In this document: piece by piece, positions 8,129-18,500 of the stretch
Position numbering within the stretch: the first letter of the stretch is position 1
How the letters are laid out: every line of letters starts with the position of its first letter
Virus record (IMG/VR): IMGVR_UViG_3300025083_000041
Coordinates: 1-53,486 of that record
Length of the DNA: 53,486 bases
Strand: one strand, 5' to 3'
DNA from: a virus
Taxonomy: Duplodnaviria; Caudoviricetes
The notes under the pieces: model-generated
The model's database searches: none
Told to the model about the DNA's origin: nothing
The model's input: the letters and a program-made list of their open reading frames with translations, nothing else
Made by a program: the position numbers and the translations under genes

Positions 8129-9499
8129 ATGAATATGAAGAAAATGCCAGAAGATTTTTCCAGATTTGGGAAACATTTTCAAGAATCAATGGTACAATTA
8201 ATGCTAGAGGATAGAAACTATTGTGATCAGATTACCGAAGTTTTAGATATAAACTTTTTTGAACTGTCATATCTGCAGACATTTGTTTCTAAGATACTTA
8301 TGTATCGAGAAAAGTACAAAGTTCATCCAACATACAAGACAATGATTACAATACTAAGAACAGAACTAGATTCTGAACACGAAGCATTGCAAAGACAGGT
8401 TAAGGAGTATTTTGGTAGAATTCACGGATCAGAAGTGGAAGACTCTGAGTATATTATGGGAGTAAGCCTAGATTTCTGCAGAAAGCAGAAATTAAAAGGA
8501 GCACTGATGGAGACTGTAGAATTGATGCAGTCTTCCTCGTTTGATGAGATAAGCAAGATTATTAATGATGCACTATCTCTAGGATTGGGAAATGAAGCAG
8601 GTTATGAATACCTTACAGATTTTGAAGAAAGATATGCCCTTAAGGCTCGAAATCCACAATCTACTGGCTGGGAGCATGTTGACGACATCACAGGTGGTGG
8701 ACTCGGTATGGGAGAATTGGGGGTTGTGGTAGCGCCAACTGGAGCAGGTAAGTCAATGGTTTTGACTGCCCTAGGTTCAGAAGCAGTTAAAAACGGAAAA
8801 ACTGTTGTTCACTACACCTTTGAACTTTCTGACAAGGTAATTGGAAGACGTTATGACTCATGCATCACGAAAGTACCATTATCAGACTTGAATAGTTTCA
8901 AGGAGCAAGTTTATGATGAAATTAGTCAAATTGAAGGCTCTCTCATCATTAAGGAATATCCTACTAAATCTGCCTCAACTAACACTATCAGAAATCATTT
9001 AGAAAAACTGAAAAAGAGAGGAATTGAAGTAGGCATGATTGTAGTTGATTACGCTGATTTGCTCAAACCTGTCAGTATTTCTAGAGAAAAGAGACATGAT
9101 TTAGAAAATATTTATGAAGAATTACGTGGGATATCTCAAGTGTTCCAATGCCCACTATGGACAGCGTCCCAGACAAACCGTTCAGGACTTAACGCTGAGG
9201 TTGTTACAATGGAATCAATATCTGAAGCATTTAATAAATGTTTTGTCGCTGACTTTATCTGTTCTGTCTCTAGGACAGCGCAGGACAAAGTTAATAACAC
9301 AGGAAGAATGTTTGTAGCAAAAAATAGAAATGGAGTCGATGGGATTGTATATCCAATTATTGCAGATTGGAGTACTGTTAGTATGGAAGTACTTTCTGAA
9401 TCTACAGAGACAATGCAAGAGATTGAAGAAAAATCTCTCTCTGAACACAAAGCAAGTTTATACGAAAGATACAAAAACAATAAAAACAAGGAGAATTAA
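8129..9499 (+). CDS. replicative DnaB-like helicase (gp41-like)
   Basis: Walker A APTGAGKS; IIKEYPT; VVDYADL; WTASQTNR; KNRNG. Confidence 0.92.
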   Translation: MNMKKMPEDFSRFGKHFQESMVQLMLEDRNYCDQITEVLDINFFELSYLQTFVSKILMYREKYKVHPTYKTMITILRTELDSEHEALQRQVKEYFGRIHGSEVEDSEYIMGVSLDFCRKQKLKGALMETVELMQSSSFDEISKIINDALSLGLGNEAGYEYLTDFEERYALKARNPQSTGWEHVDDITGGGLGMGELGVVVAPTGAGKSMVLTALGSEAVKNGKTVVHYTFELSDKVIGRRYDSCITKVPLSDLNSFKEQVYDEISQIEGSLIIKEYPTKSASTNTIRNHLEKLKKRGIEVGMIVVDYADLLKPVSISREKRHDLENIYEELRGISQVFQCPLWTASQTNRSGLNAEVVTMESISEAFNKCFVADFICSVSRTAQDKVNNTGRMFVAKNRNGVDGIVYPIIADWSTVSMEVLSESTETMQEIEEKSLSEHKASLYERYKNNKNKEN

Positions 9500-9501
9500 T
9501 T

Positions 9502-11358
9502 ATGGAAGTATCAAATCAAATATTATCGGACATAACTGTCCATATGAAATACGCTCGATATCTGGAAGACAAGCAGAGACGAGAGAATTGGAAAGAACTT
9601 GTCACTCGCAATATGGAGATGCATATTAAAAAGTACCCTAACCTATCAGATGAGATTATTGAAACATATAAGATGGTATTTGATAAGAAAGTACTACCAT
9701 CTATGAGAAGCATGCAGTTCGGAGGTAAACCAATTGAGGTTTCTCCTAATCGCATCTTCAACTGTGCTTTTATGCCCGTTGATGATCTTCGCTCATTCTC
9801 AGAAGCAATGTTCTTGCTTTTGGGGGGAACTGGAGTTGGCTTTTCTGTCCAACGTCATCATATTGACAAATTACCGGAAATCCGTAAGCCAAATGAAAGC
9901 AGAACTAGAAGATATCTAGTAGCAGATTCTATCGAAGGGTGGGCAGATGCAATCAAGGTGCTTTTGAGTTCTTATTTTAAGGGAACATCAAAGATTCGTT
10001 TTGATTTTTCAGATATTCGAGCAAAAGGTGCCAAATTGGTAACTTCAGGTGGTAAAGCACCCGGCCCACAACCTCTTCGCGAGTGCATTGTGAAGGTTAA
10101 AGGTATCTTACGCGAGAAAGAGGATGGTGAAAAACTGACTACAATCGAAGCACATGATATTATGTGTCACATTGCTGATGCAGTGTTGGCAGGTGGTATT
10201 CGACGTGCCGCTCTAATCTCTTTGTTTTCGGCAGATGACATCGAGATGCTAGCAGCAAAATCAGGAAACTGGTGGGAACTCAACCCTCAACGAGGACGAG
10301 CAAATAACTCTGTAGTACTGCTTCGACATCGTGTAACAAAAGAATTCTTTATGGATATTTGGGAACGTGTCAGAGCATCAGGTGCAGGAGAGCCCGGATT
10401 CTATTTCTCTAATGATAAAGACTGGGGTACAAACCCATGCTGTGAGATTGCTCTACGTTCGTATCAATTTTGTAATTTGACAGAAATCAATGTCTCAGAT
10501 GTCGATACACAAGAAGAGTTAGAGAAGAGGGCAAAAGCAGCAGCATTCATTGGAACTCTTCAGGCAGGATATACAGACTTTCATTATCTACGTCCAGTCT
10601 GGCAAAGAACAACAGAAAAAGATGCTTTAGTTGGCGTCTCAATGACTGGCATTGCTTCTGGTGGAGTACTTGAGTTAGACATGAGCAAGGCATCACTTGA
10701 AGTTAAGAAAGAAAACCGAAGAATAGCAATGCAAATTGGAATTAAGCCGGCTGCTAGAACTACTTGTGTAAAGCCTGCAGGCACAACTTCTTTAACCCTA
10801 GGAACGTCCAGTGGTATCCATGCGTGGCATAATGACTATTATATACGCAGAATTCGCGTAGGAAAGAATGAAGCAATTTATAACTATCTTGTGCAGAACC
10901 ATCCTGAGTTAGTTGAAGATGAGTATTTCTCTCCACATGATACAGCAGTCATCTCTGCACCGCAGAAGGCTCCTGAAGGCTCTATAACGCGTTCTGAGAG
11001 TGCGATGGACATGTTGGAGAGGGTTAAGACTGTAACGTCTTCTTGGGTGCGTGGTGGGCATCAAAAAGGGCAGAATTCTCACAATGTCTCTGCCACTGTA
11101 ACCATCAAAGATAACGAATGGGAAACAGTAGGAGAATGGATGTGGAACAATCGTGATTCTTATAATGGATTATCAGTTTTACCATTTAATGATCATTCTT
11201 ATAAACAGGCTCCGTTTGAAGACTGTACAGAAGAGCAATATCATCAAATGCTCAAGAGTTTGAAAGAAATTAATCTTGACAATGTCTCAGAAGAAGAAGA
11301 TCAAACAAATCTCTCAGGTGAGTTAGCCTGTGCCGGAGGTTCCTGCGAAATCTTCTAA
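9502..11358 (+). CDS. nrdJ: class II (B12-dependent) ribonucleotide reductase
   Basis: LPSMR; FNC; TNPCCEI; CNLTE; KPAGT; C-terminal CAGGSCEI; no beta subunit nearby. Confidence 0.9.
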   Translation: MEVSNQILSDITVHMKYARYLEDKQRRENWKELVTRNMEMHIKKYPNLSDEIIETYKMVFDKKVLPSMRSMQFGGKPIEVSPNRIFNCAFMPVDDLRSFSEAMFLLLGGTGVGFSVQRHHIDKLPEIRKPNESRTRRYLVADSIEGWADAIKVLLSSYFKGTSKIRFDFSDIRAKGAKLVTSGGKAPGPQPLRECIVKVKGILREKEDGEKLTTIEAHDIMCHIADAVLAGGIRRAALISLFSADDIEMLAAKSGNWWELNPQRGRANNSVVLLRHRVTKEFFMDIWERVRASGAGEPGFYFSNDKDWGTNPCCEIALRSYQFCNLTEINVSDVDTQEELEKRAKAAAFIGTLQAGYTDFHYLRPVWQRTTEKDALVGVSMTGIASGGVLELDMSKASLEVKKENRRIAMQIGIKPAARTTCVKPAGTTSLTLGTSSGIHAWHNDYYIRRIRVGKNEAIYNYLVQNHPELVEDEYFSPHDTAVISAPQKAPEGSITRSESAMDMLERVKTVTSSWVRGGHQKGQNSHNVSATVTIKDNEWETVGEWMWNNRDSYNGLSVLPFNDHSYKQAPFEDCTEEQYHQMLKSLKEINLDNVSEEEDQTNLSGELACAGGSCEIF

Positions 11359-11419
11359 ATTAGATTGAATATAATGTCCTCCTCAAACGTATAATATATA
11401 CCAAGAGGAGGATTTTTTT

Positions 11420-11692
11420 ATGAAACCAGTTAACAGACATTTATTGGTAGAGATGCCAATTGAAGAGATTAAAGAAGAGGAAGGCACATTTTTGCTTCCG
11501 GAAGATTATAAAACTACAAAAGTAGAGAGATATGCTAAAGTAAATATCATTGCATGTGCTGATGATTGCAAAAGAGAATATAGTGGCGAAGCATATGTAG
11601 AGAACTCTATGATTGAAGATATCATGATTGAAGGTAAAATGTATCATATAGTATCGGAAAACTATATAGTACTACTTATGGAGGCAAAATGA
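11420..11692 (+). CDS. GroES-like co-chaperonin
   Basis: MKPVNRHLLVE...GTFLLPE...YHIVSENYIV; 90 aa. Confidence 0.65.
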   Translation: MKPVNRHLLVEMPIEEIKEEEGTFLLPEDYKTTKVERYAKVNIIACADDCKREYSGEAYVENSMIEDIMIEGKMYHIVSENYIVLLMEAK

Positions 11693-12438
11693 ATGGGACT
11701 GATGACAAAAGTAATGCTAATAACAGAACGATTTTTACTTACGGAGACAATATTGGCTCAGTTAGCCTTGTTGATTACATGGGCAGCGACATCACTGTTG
11801 TTAACTCTGCAAGGGTTTCTTTTGGTATCGAAAAGTCCGAACTTGATAGAAGAGACAAGCGACTTATCAATTACCTTATTAAACATCGCCACACATCAAC
11901 ACTTGAGCATAATCTTATTACTTTTAAATTCGTTGTGCCTTTGTTTGTTCGCTCTCAGCACCATAGGCACCGCACTTGGAGTTATAACGAGATTAGTAGA
12001 CGTTATACGGACAAAAATCTCCAGTTTTATGAACCTCTAGAGTTTAGAACCCAACATGAGAGTAATAGGCAGGCATCCAATGAGAATAATACTGCCAACC
12101 CTACTATTACGCCACAATTTATCGATTCCTACATTTCAGCATCTGACGCTATGAAATCTTGGCATGTCCAGTCATTAGACTTCTTCAACAAGTTGATCGA
12201 TGCTGGGGTATGCAGAGAACAGGCTAGAGGAGTTTTGCCACAAAACTTATATACAGAATATTACGGTACAGTTAATCTTAATAATCTTTTAAAGTTTGTG
12301 GAACTCAGAACACATGAAGGAGCGCAGTGGGAGATACAGAAGGTAGCAGAAGCATGTCTAGAATTAGCAACAGATTTATTCCCAGTGACAGTTAATGCAT
12401 ATAGGAAGGTGAAGAGTGAAGCCAAATCCACATCGTGA
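11689..12438 (+). CDS. thyX: flavin-dependent thymidylate synthase
   Basis: SARVSF; H.STLEH; RHRTWSYNEISRRY (RHRx7S); EQARGVLP; AQWEI. Confidence 0.95.
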   Translation: MNGTDDKSNANNRTIFTYGDNIGSVSLVDYMGSDITVVNSARVSFGIEKSELDRRDKRLINYLIKHRHTSTLEHNLITFKFVVPLFVRSQHHRHRTWSYNEISRRYTDKNLQFYEPLEFRTQHESNRQASNENNTANPTITPQFIDSYISASDAMKSWHVQSLDFFNKLIDAGVCREQARGVLPQNLYTEYYGTVNLNNLLKFVELRTHEGAQWEIQKVAEACLELATDLFPVTVNAYRKVKSEAKSTS

Positions 12439-13225
12439 GACAGATCTCTACTTTGACAAGATAATAATCGGTAGCACAGTCCAAGCCATGGTTGCAGCGT
12501 TCAAGTACCAAATCCCAATTTTTGCGGATGAGGCATTGAAGCCACTACCTCATTATCACTTATCTTCCGATTTAGATCTGTCTAGAATTCAGGTTAAGAA
12601 CAGCATTACAGAGTTTGAACTTCTATCAGGTAAAAAAGAGACTAGAGGCATGCAAAGACTAGAATTATGGAATATCATGGCATATCGACTAGGAGTTATG
12701 GGATTGATGCCACTTCAGGGAGTCTTCGAGAATACATTCACAGAATCAATCCCAATGGGGCAGAACATTAGAATGTTTACAATTCGAGCAGACAATAAGA
12801 TAATTAATGTCAATTCAAAGAAAACGATACTCTTTGATTTTCCCAAGTATACATTAGGGAATAAAACTTATATGGTTAACGACTATATTCATATGAATAA
12901 GATTTACGATCTATCAGCGAATTTGTTTCCGTCGAAAGATTGTGAATTTGAAGATACTATTGCATATGAGACTGTGTTCATGAAAGATAAGGGGAGAAAG
13001 CACAAAGCATGTGCAAAGTCTATCATCAGTCAAGATAACTTGGATCATTGGAAGTATAGCCAGACAGCAGTAAGGTTAAGAACTCAAAGTTCTATATTCT
13101 GGAATATGGAAAAGAAGTTTGAACTGATCTTGGGTGAAAGAGAGATATCTCCAATAATGGCTAGAATTGCTGATTCTATTGAAGATATTATTGAATATGA
13201 TATTTTAGATGAGGAATTCCATTGA
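12416..13225 (+). CDS. hypothetical protein with degenerate FAD/Rossmann-like N-terminus
   Basis: FDKIIIGSTVQAMVAA resembles DxxIIGxGxxGxxAA. Confidence 0.45.
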   Translation: MKPNPHRETDLYFDKIIIGSTVQAMVAAFKYQIPIFADEALKPLPHYHLSSDLDLSRIQVKNSITEFELLSGKKETRGMQRLELWNIMAYRLGVMGLMPLQGVFENTFTESIPMGQNIRMFTIRADNKIINVNSKKTILFDFPKYTLGNKTYMVNDYIHMNKIYDLSANLFPSKDCEFEDTIAYETVFMKDKGRKHKACAKSIISQDNLDHWKYSQTAVRLRTQSSIFWNMEKKFELILGEREISPIMARIADSIEDIIEYDILDEEFH

Positions 13226-14106
13226 GCAATCTTAACTTTCATTTGGCAGGAATAATTCCTCTGTCTTCTATCCCTTTGCAGTATAATCTGCCTTATCACC
13301 CATGTATGCTCCCAATCAACGACAACTACCTGATGATCCATAGAGCAATCATGGAATGTGCATGGGCAGGCTGTGAGACAATATGGATAGTTGCAGATCC
13401 AGATATTCAGCCAATGTTTAAGAAAGTGGTAGGAGATTATGTTTATGATCCGGTAAATTATCATCGTCCAATGGATCCCGATAGGTTTGCAAAAAGATCA
13501 ATGATACCAATATATTTTACGTCGATTGATATTAAGAACAGGAACAAGAGAGACTCTTATGGTTGGAGCATTATAGAAGGCGCATATATGGCTTATAGGG
13601 TATCTAATCAACTTTCCAAGTGGGTAGTGCCTAATATGTATTACGTTGCATTCCCGTGGAGCCTCTACCCTCCAGAGATGATTAGAGAATATAGGAAGCC
13701 AATATCCACTCACAAGAGATTTAGAATCACATCACAGGGAGATGGCATAAAGCAGGGAAAGATGCTGGGCTTCACATTTAATGAAGAGGATTTTATAAAC
13801 TGTCGCGCTTGGGTTCGCAAAGAAGGTACAGGCAGGTATGTTCCCGGAGGCAAGAAAAATGAAGAAGGCATACCTAGAGAGTTGCTCCCTGCAGAAGAAA
13901 GGTGGAGTGGAAGACATTTTCAACTTGAGGACGTATTCTCGCAACTTGGGGAAGATGCCACAACCTTGGATCTTTCTTACTATTTTGAAGCCACTTCATT
14001 TGATGGATATAAGAAGTGGGCAGAATCGAACGTTGAAATCGCAAAGCCAGTTGTTGAAAAATGGATAGAACCTTCAAGGTATAGAAAAACTTTATTTGAA
14101 TACTGA
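13222..14106 (+). CDS. sugar-phosphate nucleotidyltransferase-like (GT-A fold) protein, degenerate
   Basis: LAGIIP...HPCMLPI...IHRAIMECAWAGCETIWIV; lacks GxGTR. Confidence 0.55.
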   Translation: MSNLNFHLAGIIPLSSIPLQYNLPYHPCMLPINDNYLMIHRAIMECAWAGCETIWIVADPDIQPMFKKVVGDYVYDPVNYHRPMDPDRFAKRSMIPIYFTSIDIKNRNKRDSYGWSIIEGAYMAYRVSNQLSKWVVPNMYYVAFPWSLYPPEMIREYRKPISTHKRFRITSQGDGIKQGKMLGFTFNEEDFINCRAWVRKEGTGRYVPGGKKNEEGIPRELLPAEERWSGRHFQLEDVFSQLGEDATTLDLSYYFEATSFDGYKKWAESNVEIAKPVVEKWIEPSRYRKTLFEY

Positions 14107-14121
14107 GAATAAGAAAAATGT

Positions 14122-14132
14122 TGACTATTTAT
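14122..14132 (+). promoter_or_regulatory. candidate late promoter TGACTATTTAT (copy 2)
   Basis: Identical to 6645-6655. Confidence 0.5.
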
Positions 14133-14164
14133 TACAATCGATACTCATTTAAGGAGAAATTAAA

Positions 14165-14497
14165 ATGAAAGTAACAAAATCTTATATCAAGCAACTTATC
14201 AAAGAGGAGTTGGCTAATGTACTCGAAGGCAAAGGCCCTGAGTATGAAAGAAGAGGAAAAACACAAGCAGGGCAAGATTATACAATCTATGTTAGATCTT
14301 CTAATTCTGGTGAGCCTAGATACTTTTTGAGTATTATCGGCGATGTATCAGATGGTAAATACCAAATCGGCGAAGAGATGGCTAACGAAATCTTGAGAAA
14401 TTCGAATAATCCTCCAAAGTTTCTGGATAATCAGTTTACAATGGAAAATTATAAATCAAAGGATGAAGTTTATAATTCATATGTTCACAATATGTAA
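14165..14497 (+). CDS. hypothetical protein with MKVTKSYIKQLIKEEL N-terminal motif
   Basis: AAGGAG RBS; N-terminus shared with 6677. Confidence 0.7.
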   Translation: MKVTKSYIKQLIKEELANVLEGKGPEYERRGKTQAGQDYTIYVRSSNSGEPRYFLSIIGDVSDGKYQIGEEMANEILRNSNNPPKFLDNQFTMENYKSKDEVYNSYVHNM

Positions 14498-14576
14498 CAT
14501 ATTATTTGAATAAATCAACTCCCTCAATCGTATTAATCATACAACAACAAACAATACGACTAAGGGAGTTTTTATT

Positions 14577-17500
14577 ATGGATATCAAGAATATTGATTTC
14601 GTCAATTTACATGCACATTCTGGTGTAGGTTCGCCGTTTGACGGCTTTGGATACCCACAGGATCACATGGATTATGCCCACTCTAACGGCTCAAAAGCGT
14701 TAGCACTCACTGATCATGGAAACATGAATGGGTTTGCCTATCAAGTACTCCACGCCAAGAAGATGAAAGAAGCAGGAAAAGACTTCAAGCCAATCTTTGG
14801 CGTTGAGGCTTATTTTATTGAAGATGTAGTAGAATGGAGAGAAAAGTATGAACAAGCAAAAGCAGACAAGAAGCGCAAGAAAGAGATCAAAGACGATTCA
14901 TCAGGAATCTCAATCGAAACAGAAGGAGAATCTAAGTCTAAAGGACGTTCTGACATTAATCGCTCTCGTCATCTTATTCTTATTGCTATGAGTCAGAAGG
15001 GGCTTAACAATATCTTTAAGATGGTGTCTGAGTCTCACAAGGGTGACTATTTTTATCGTAAGCCTAGAGTTGATTTCGGACTCTTAGAGAAGTATGGAGA
15101 GGATGTTATTGCAGCCTCTGCTTGTTTGGGGGGAGTCTATGCAGGTGCTTACTGGAGTCTTCACGAGGAAGGTGATGAAGCCGTCTTAAGCGAGATGCGA
15201 CGTCTAACAGAGCGCTTTCAATCTATTTTGGGTGATCGATGGTATGGAGAGTTGCAATGGAACCGTGTTCCTCAACAACATGAACTTAATCGTCACATAA
15301 TTCAGATCCATAAAGAGACTGGGCTTAAGTTGATCTCTACAGCAGACTCTCACTATCCAACACCTGAAGCATGGCAAGACAGAGAACTATATAAGCGACT
15401 TGGTTGGCTTGGTAGATCTAAGCCAGAGTGGCTAGATATGTCCCTTCCTGCCGAGGTTCAAGAACTAGAGTGCGAACTTTATCCTAAGAACGCAGAACAA
15501 ATGTGGGAATCATACAAGAGATATGCAAACGAGTGTGGAGTATCCTATGACGATGATATTGTCCTAGATTCTATCAAAGAGACACAAACTATTGCTTTTG
15601 AACGTATCCAAGACTTCCTTCCGGACAATACAGTACGATTACCAGATTTTGTTGTACCGTCTGGATATACTGAAGATGGCTATCTTAAGCGCCTTACAAC
15701 TGAAGGGATGTTCAATATCCTCAAAGATCAGAACAGAGCAAACAAAGAAACAGCCAGAATATACAAAGAACGTATTGATGAAGAACTGTCTGTAATCTCA
15801 GAACGTGGGTTCTCAAAGTACTTCTTGACTATGAAAGCAGTGGCAGACAAAGCATCTAATATGATGCTCACAGGTACTGGACGTGGCTCAGCAGCCGGAT
15901 CTTTAGTGGCATATGCACTTGGCATAACACAGGTTGATCCTATTGAGTATGGATTACTGTTTTCACGTTTCTTGCGTAAAGATGCTAAGGATTACCCAGA
16001 TATCGATTATGATGTAGCAGAACCTATGGAACTTAAGGATCACCTCATTGAGGAATGGGGAACTGACTGTGTGGCTCCTATCTCCAACTGGAACACATTA
16101 CAGTTAAAGTCTTTAATCAAAGACATCTCCAAAATGTATGACATTGAATTTAAAGAAGTTAACATTGTAACAGGCAAAATGATTGCTGAAGCAACTCCGC
16201 TTGCCAAGAAGAAGCATGGTATCAAAGCAGGTATGTATATTCCCACATGGGAAGAGGTGTTAGAGTTCTCAAGTACTCTCAAGTCTTTCTTGGAGAAATA
16301 TCCACAAGTAGAAAAGCATGTCAAATCTATGGTTGGGCAATATCGATCTTGCTCTCGTCATGCCGGTGGCGTGGTGATTGCAGAGAACTTGGATAGACAC
16401 ATGCCCTTGATTCAATCAGGTGGCGTAATCCAGACTCCATGGAGTGAGGGGCAGAACGTCCGTCAACTTGAACCAATGGGTTTCATCAAGTTCGACTTAC
16501 TTGGGTTAACAACCCTTCGTATGATTCAGGGTGCTATCGAGCGAATACTCAAGAAGCAAGGTAACATCAATCCATCATTCATACAAGTTAAGGAGTTCTA
16601 TAACAAGAATTTGCATCCCTCTGTTCTGAACTTCGATGATCAGAGAGTATACAAGAATGTGTTTCATAAAGGTAAGTGGGCTGGAATCTTTCAGTTCACA
16701 GAGTCTGGAGCACAGAACTTTTGTAAGTCTGTCAAGCCATCTTCTATTGTTGACATCTCTGCTATCACTTCTATCTTCCGTCCCGGCCCACTATCTGCAG
16801 GTGTACATGAAGACTATGTAAAGGCTAAAGATGCACCAGACGATGTGTTCTACGAGAACCAAATTGTACGTGACGTTACAGAAGAGACGTATGGTTTTCT
16901 AATCTTTCAGGAGCAGATTGCCCTACTGGCTCACAAGTTGGGAGATGGCATCTCTTTGGATGAGGGTAACTTGCTTCGTAAACTCTTGACTAAGAAAGGT
17001 ACAGGTAAAGGTGCTGAATTGATGTACTCTATCAGAGACAGGTTTATCAAAGGCTGTGTTCAGAAGAGAATGCGACGAGAAGATGCTACTGCAATGTGGC
17101 AAACATTTGAATACTTCTCTGGATATGGTTTCAACAAATCACACGCTGTGTGTTACTCTATGATCTCATATCAATGTGCTTGGCTTATGACTTATCATGA
17201 GGGTGAGTGGCTGGCAGCATATCTAGATAAAGTTTCAGACAAGAAGAAAGAATCTGCAATCGCTACTGCGAAGACTTTGGGGTATACCATCTCTAAACTT
17301 AATGTAAATATATCTGGAAAGCAGTGGGAATATGATTCGTCATCCAACTCTTTGCTTCAGCCTTTGACTACTATTAAAGGACTAGGTGCATCTGCCATGG
17401 AACAAGTGGTTAATAACCGCCCATTTAACACTGTAGAGGACTTTCTATTCAACCCTGACGTCAAGTATAGCAAACTTAATAAAAAGGCTCTAGACGTGCT

Positions 17501-18044
17501 TGTGAGAGCAGGAGCGTGTGATCATTTGATGGACGACAGGTTCACTGGCATGAAACATTTCTGGAGTGCCGTAGTTGTTGATCGTCCCAAGAACAAGAAG
17601 AAGTTCGGTGAGAATATAGAATTATATAAGCACGAGGGAGATTTCTCTAGAGATGAATTAATATCTCAGAAGTCAGACTTAACTGGTATCTTTCCGTTTG
17701 ATCTAGTGATGAGTGATAACGTTCGTATAAAATTAGAACAACTACCAGTAGTTCCAATCTCAGAATATGAGATGGCAATGTCTGTGGAATCTAGTGGAGA
17801 CGATCAACTGTTGGTATGGTTTGTGCCACGTAAGTTACTAAAGAAGAAAACAACTAAAGGCAAGGACTATTGGATTCTTAAAGTTGTGGACTCAAACAAT
17901 GCAATGGTTGACATCAAGTGCTGGAATCCTAGGGACACAGATACAGTGTATGTTAATCAGCCCTACATGGCTAGACTAGATTACTCAGAACAGTGGGGAT
18001 TTAGTACACGCTCAGTTGGGAAACGTTTCAGGCTATTGGGTTAA
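14577..18044 (+). CDS. dnaE: DNA polymerase III alpha subunit (family C)
   Basis: PHP motifs HAHS, LTDHG, GVEAY and DSHY; GRGSAAGS; PDIDYD; HAGG; KFDLLGL; FQEQ; YGFNKSH. Confidence 0.96.
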   Translation: MDIKNIDFVNLHAHSGVGSPFDGFGYPQDHMDYAHSNGSKALALTDHGNMNGFAYQVLHAKKMKEAGKDFKPIFGVEAYFIEDVVEWREKYEQAKADKKRKKEIKDDSSGISIETEGESKSKGRSDINRSRHLILIAMSQKGLNNIFKMVSESHKGDYFYRKPRVDFGLLEKYGEDVIAASACLGGVYAGAYWSLHEEGDEAVLSEMRRLTERFQSILGDRWYGELQWNRVPQQHELNRHIIQIHKETGLKLISTADSHYPTPEAWQDRELYKRLGWLGRSKPEWLDMSLPAEVQELECELYPKNAEQMWESYKRYANECGVSYDDDIVLDSIKETQTIAFERIQDFLPDNTVRLPDFVVPSGYTEDGYLKRLTTEGMFNILKDQNRANKETARIYKERIDEELSVISERGFSKYFLTMKAVADKASNMMLTGTGRGSAAGSLVAYALGITQVDPIEYGLLFSRFLRKDAKDYPDIDYDVAEPMELKDHLIEEWGTDCVAPISNWNTLQLKSLIKDISKMYDIEFKEVNIVTGKMIAEATPLAKKKHGIKAGMYIPTWEEVLEFSSTLKSFLEKYPQVEKHVKSMVGQYRSCSRHAGGVVIAENLDRHMPLIQSGGVIQTPWSEGQNVRQLEPMGFIKFDLLGLTTLRMIQGAIERILKKQGNINPSFIQVKEFYNKNLHPSVLNFDDQRVYKNVFHKGKWAGIFQFTESGAQNFCKSVKPSSIVDISAITSIFRPGPLSAGVHEDYVKAKDAPDDVFYENQIVRDVTEETYGFLIFQEQIALLAHKLGDGISLDEGNLLRKLLTKKGTGKGAELMYSIRDRFIKGCVQKRMRREDATAMWQTFEYFSGYGFNKSHAVCYSMISYQCAWLMTYHEGEWLAAYLDKVSDKKKESAIATAKTLGYTISKLNVNISGKQWEYDSSSNSLLQPLTTIKGLGASAMEQVVNNRPFNTVEDFLFNPDVKYSKLNKKALDVLVRAGACDHLMDDRFTGMKHFWSAVVVDRPKNKKKFGENIELYKHEGDFSRDELISQKSDLTGIFPFDLVMSDNVRIKLEQLPVVPISEYEMAMSVESSGDDQLLVWFVPRKLLKKKTTKGKDYWILKVVDSNNAMVDIKCWNPRDTDTVYVNQPYMARLDYSEQWGFSTRSVGKRFRLLG

Positions 18045-18053
18045 GGAGGAGAA

Positions 18054-18254
18054 ATGGTAAAGAACAAATGGGAAATAGAAAATAATAACTTCAGATACTT
18101 TAATGAAGATGGAGACTTGGTTGTACACCTCTTTATGCACATGGGAACTTGGAAAGGCTATGTCTTAGGGCACGAAAAGACAATAAAGCGCAAGAGGTTT
18201 ACCGATGCCTTGGAAGACGTACGCAAGGCTCTCAAGGAGTGCGGTTGGGAATAA
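18054..18254 (+). CDS. hypothetical protein
   Basis: AGGAGG RBS. Confidence 0.7.
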   Translation: MVKNKWEIENNNFRYFNEDGDLVVHLFMHMGTWKGYVLGHEKTIKRKRFTDALEDVRKALKECGWE

Positions 18255-18305
18255 AAAATGAATAAATAGTGCCCTTCAGACGTATATACTATAGGAGGGT
18301 TTACT

Positions 18306-18500
18306 ATGCTCACAAAGAAACAAATTAAAGAGAAGATAAAACAGACTGAAACTATTGAAAGAATGTTGTTAATGTTTTTGGCTGATCGCTCAACACCTGA
18401 AGAACAAGCACATATGCTAGTCGGAGAGTTGTTGACAGCGTCAGAGTTCATAGTTCGGTTCAAACAATGCTTAAAAGAAATGAAAAGGGAGGGAAAGTGA
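18306..18500 (+). CDS. hypothetical protein
   Basis: Promoter at 18259 and GGAGG RBS. Confidence 0.7.
   Translation: MLTKKQIKEKIKQTETIERMLLMFLADRSTPEEQAHMLVGELLTASEFIVRFKQCLKEMKREGK

Noticed and set aside
5418-18044. Inteins or introns in recA, helicase, nrdJ or dnaE
   Set aside because: Lengths are normal, motifs are contiguous and no intein splice-junction or LAGLIDADG blocks are visible.
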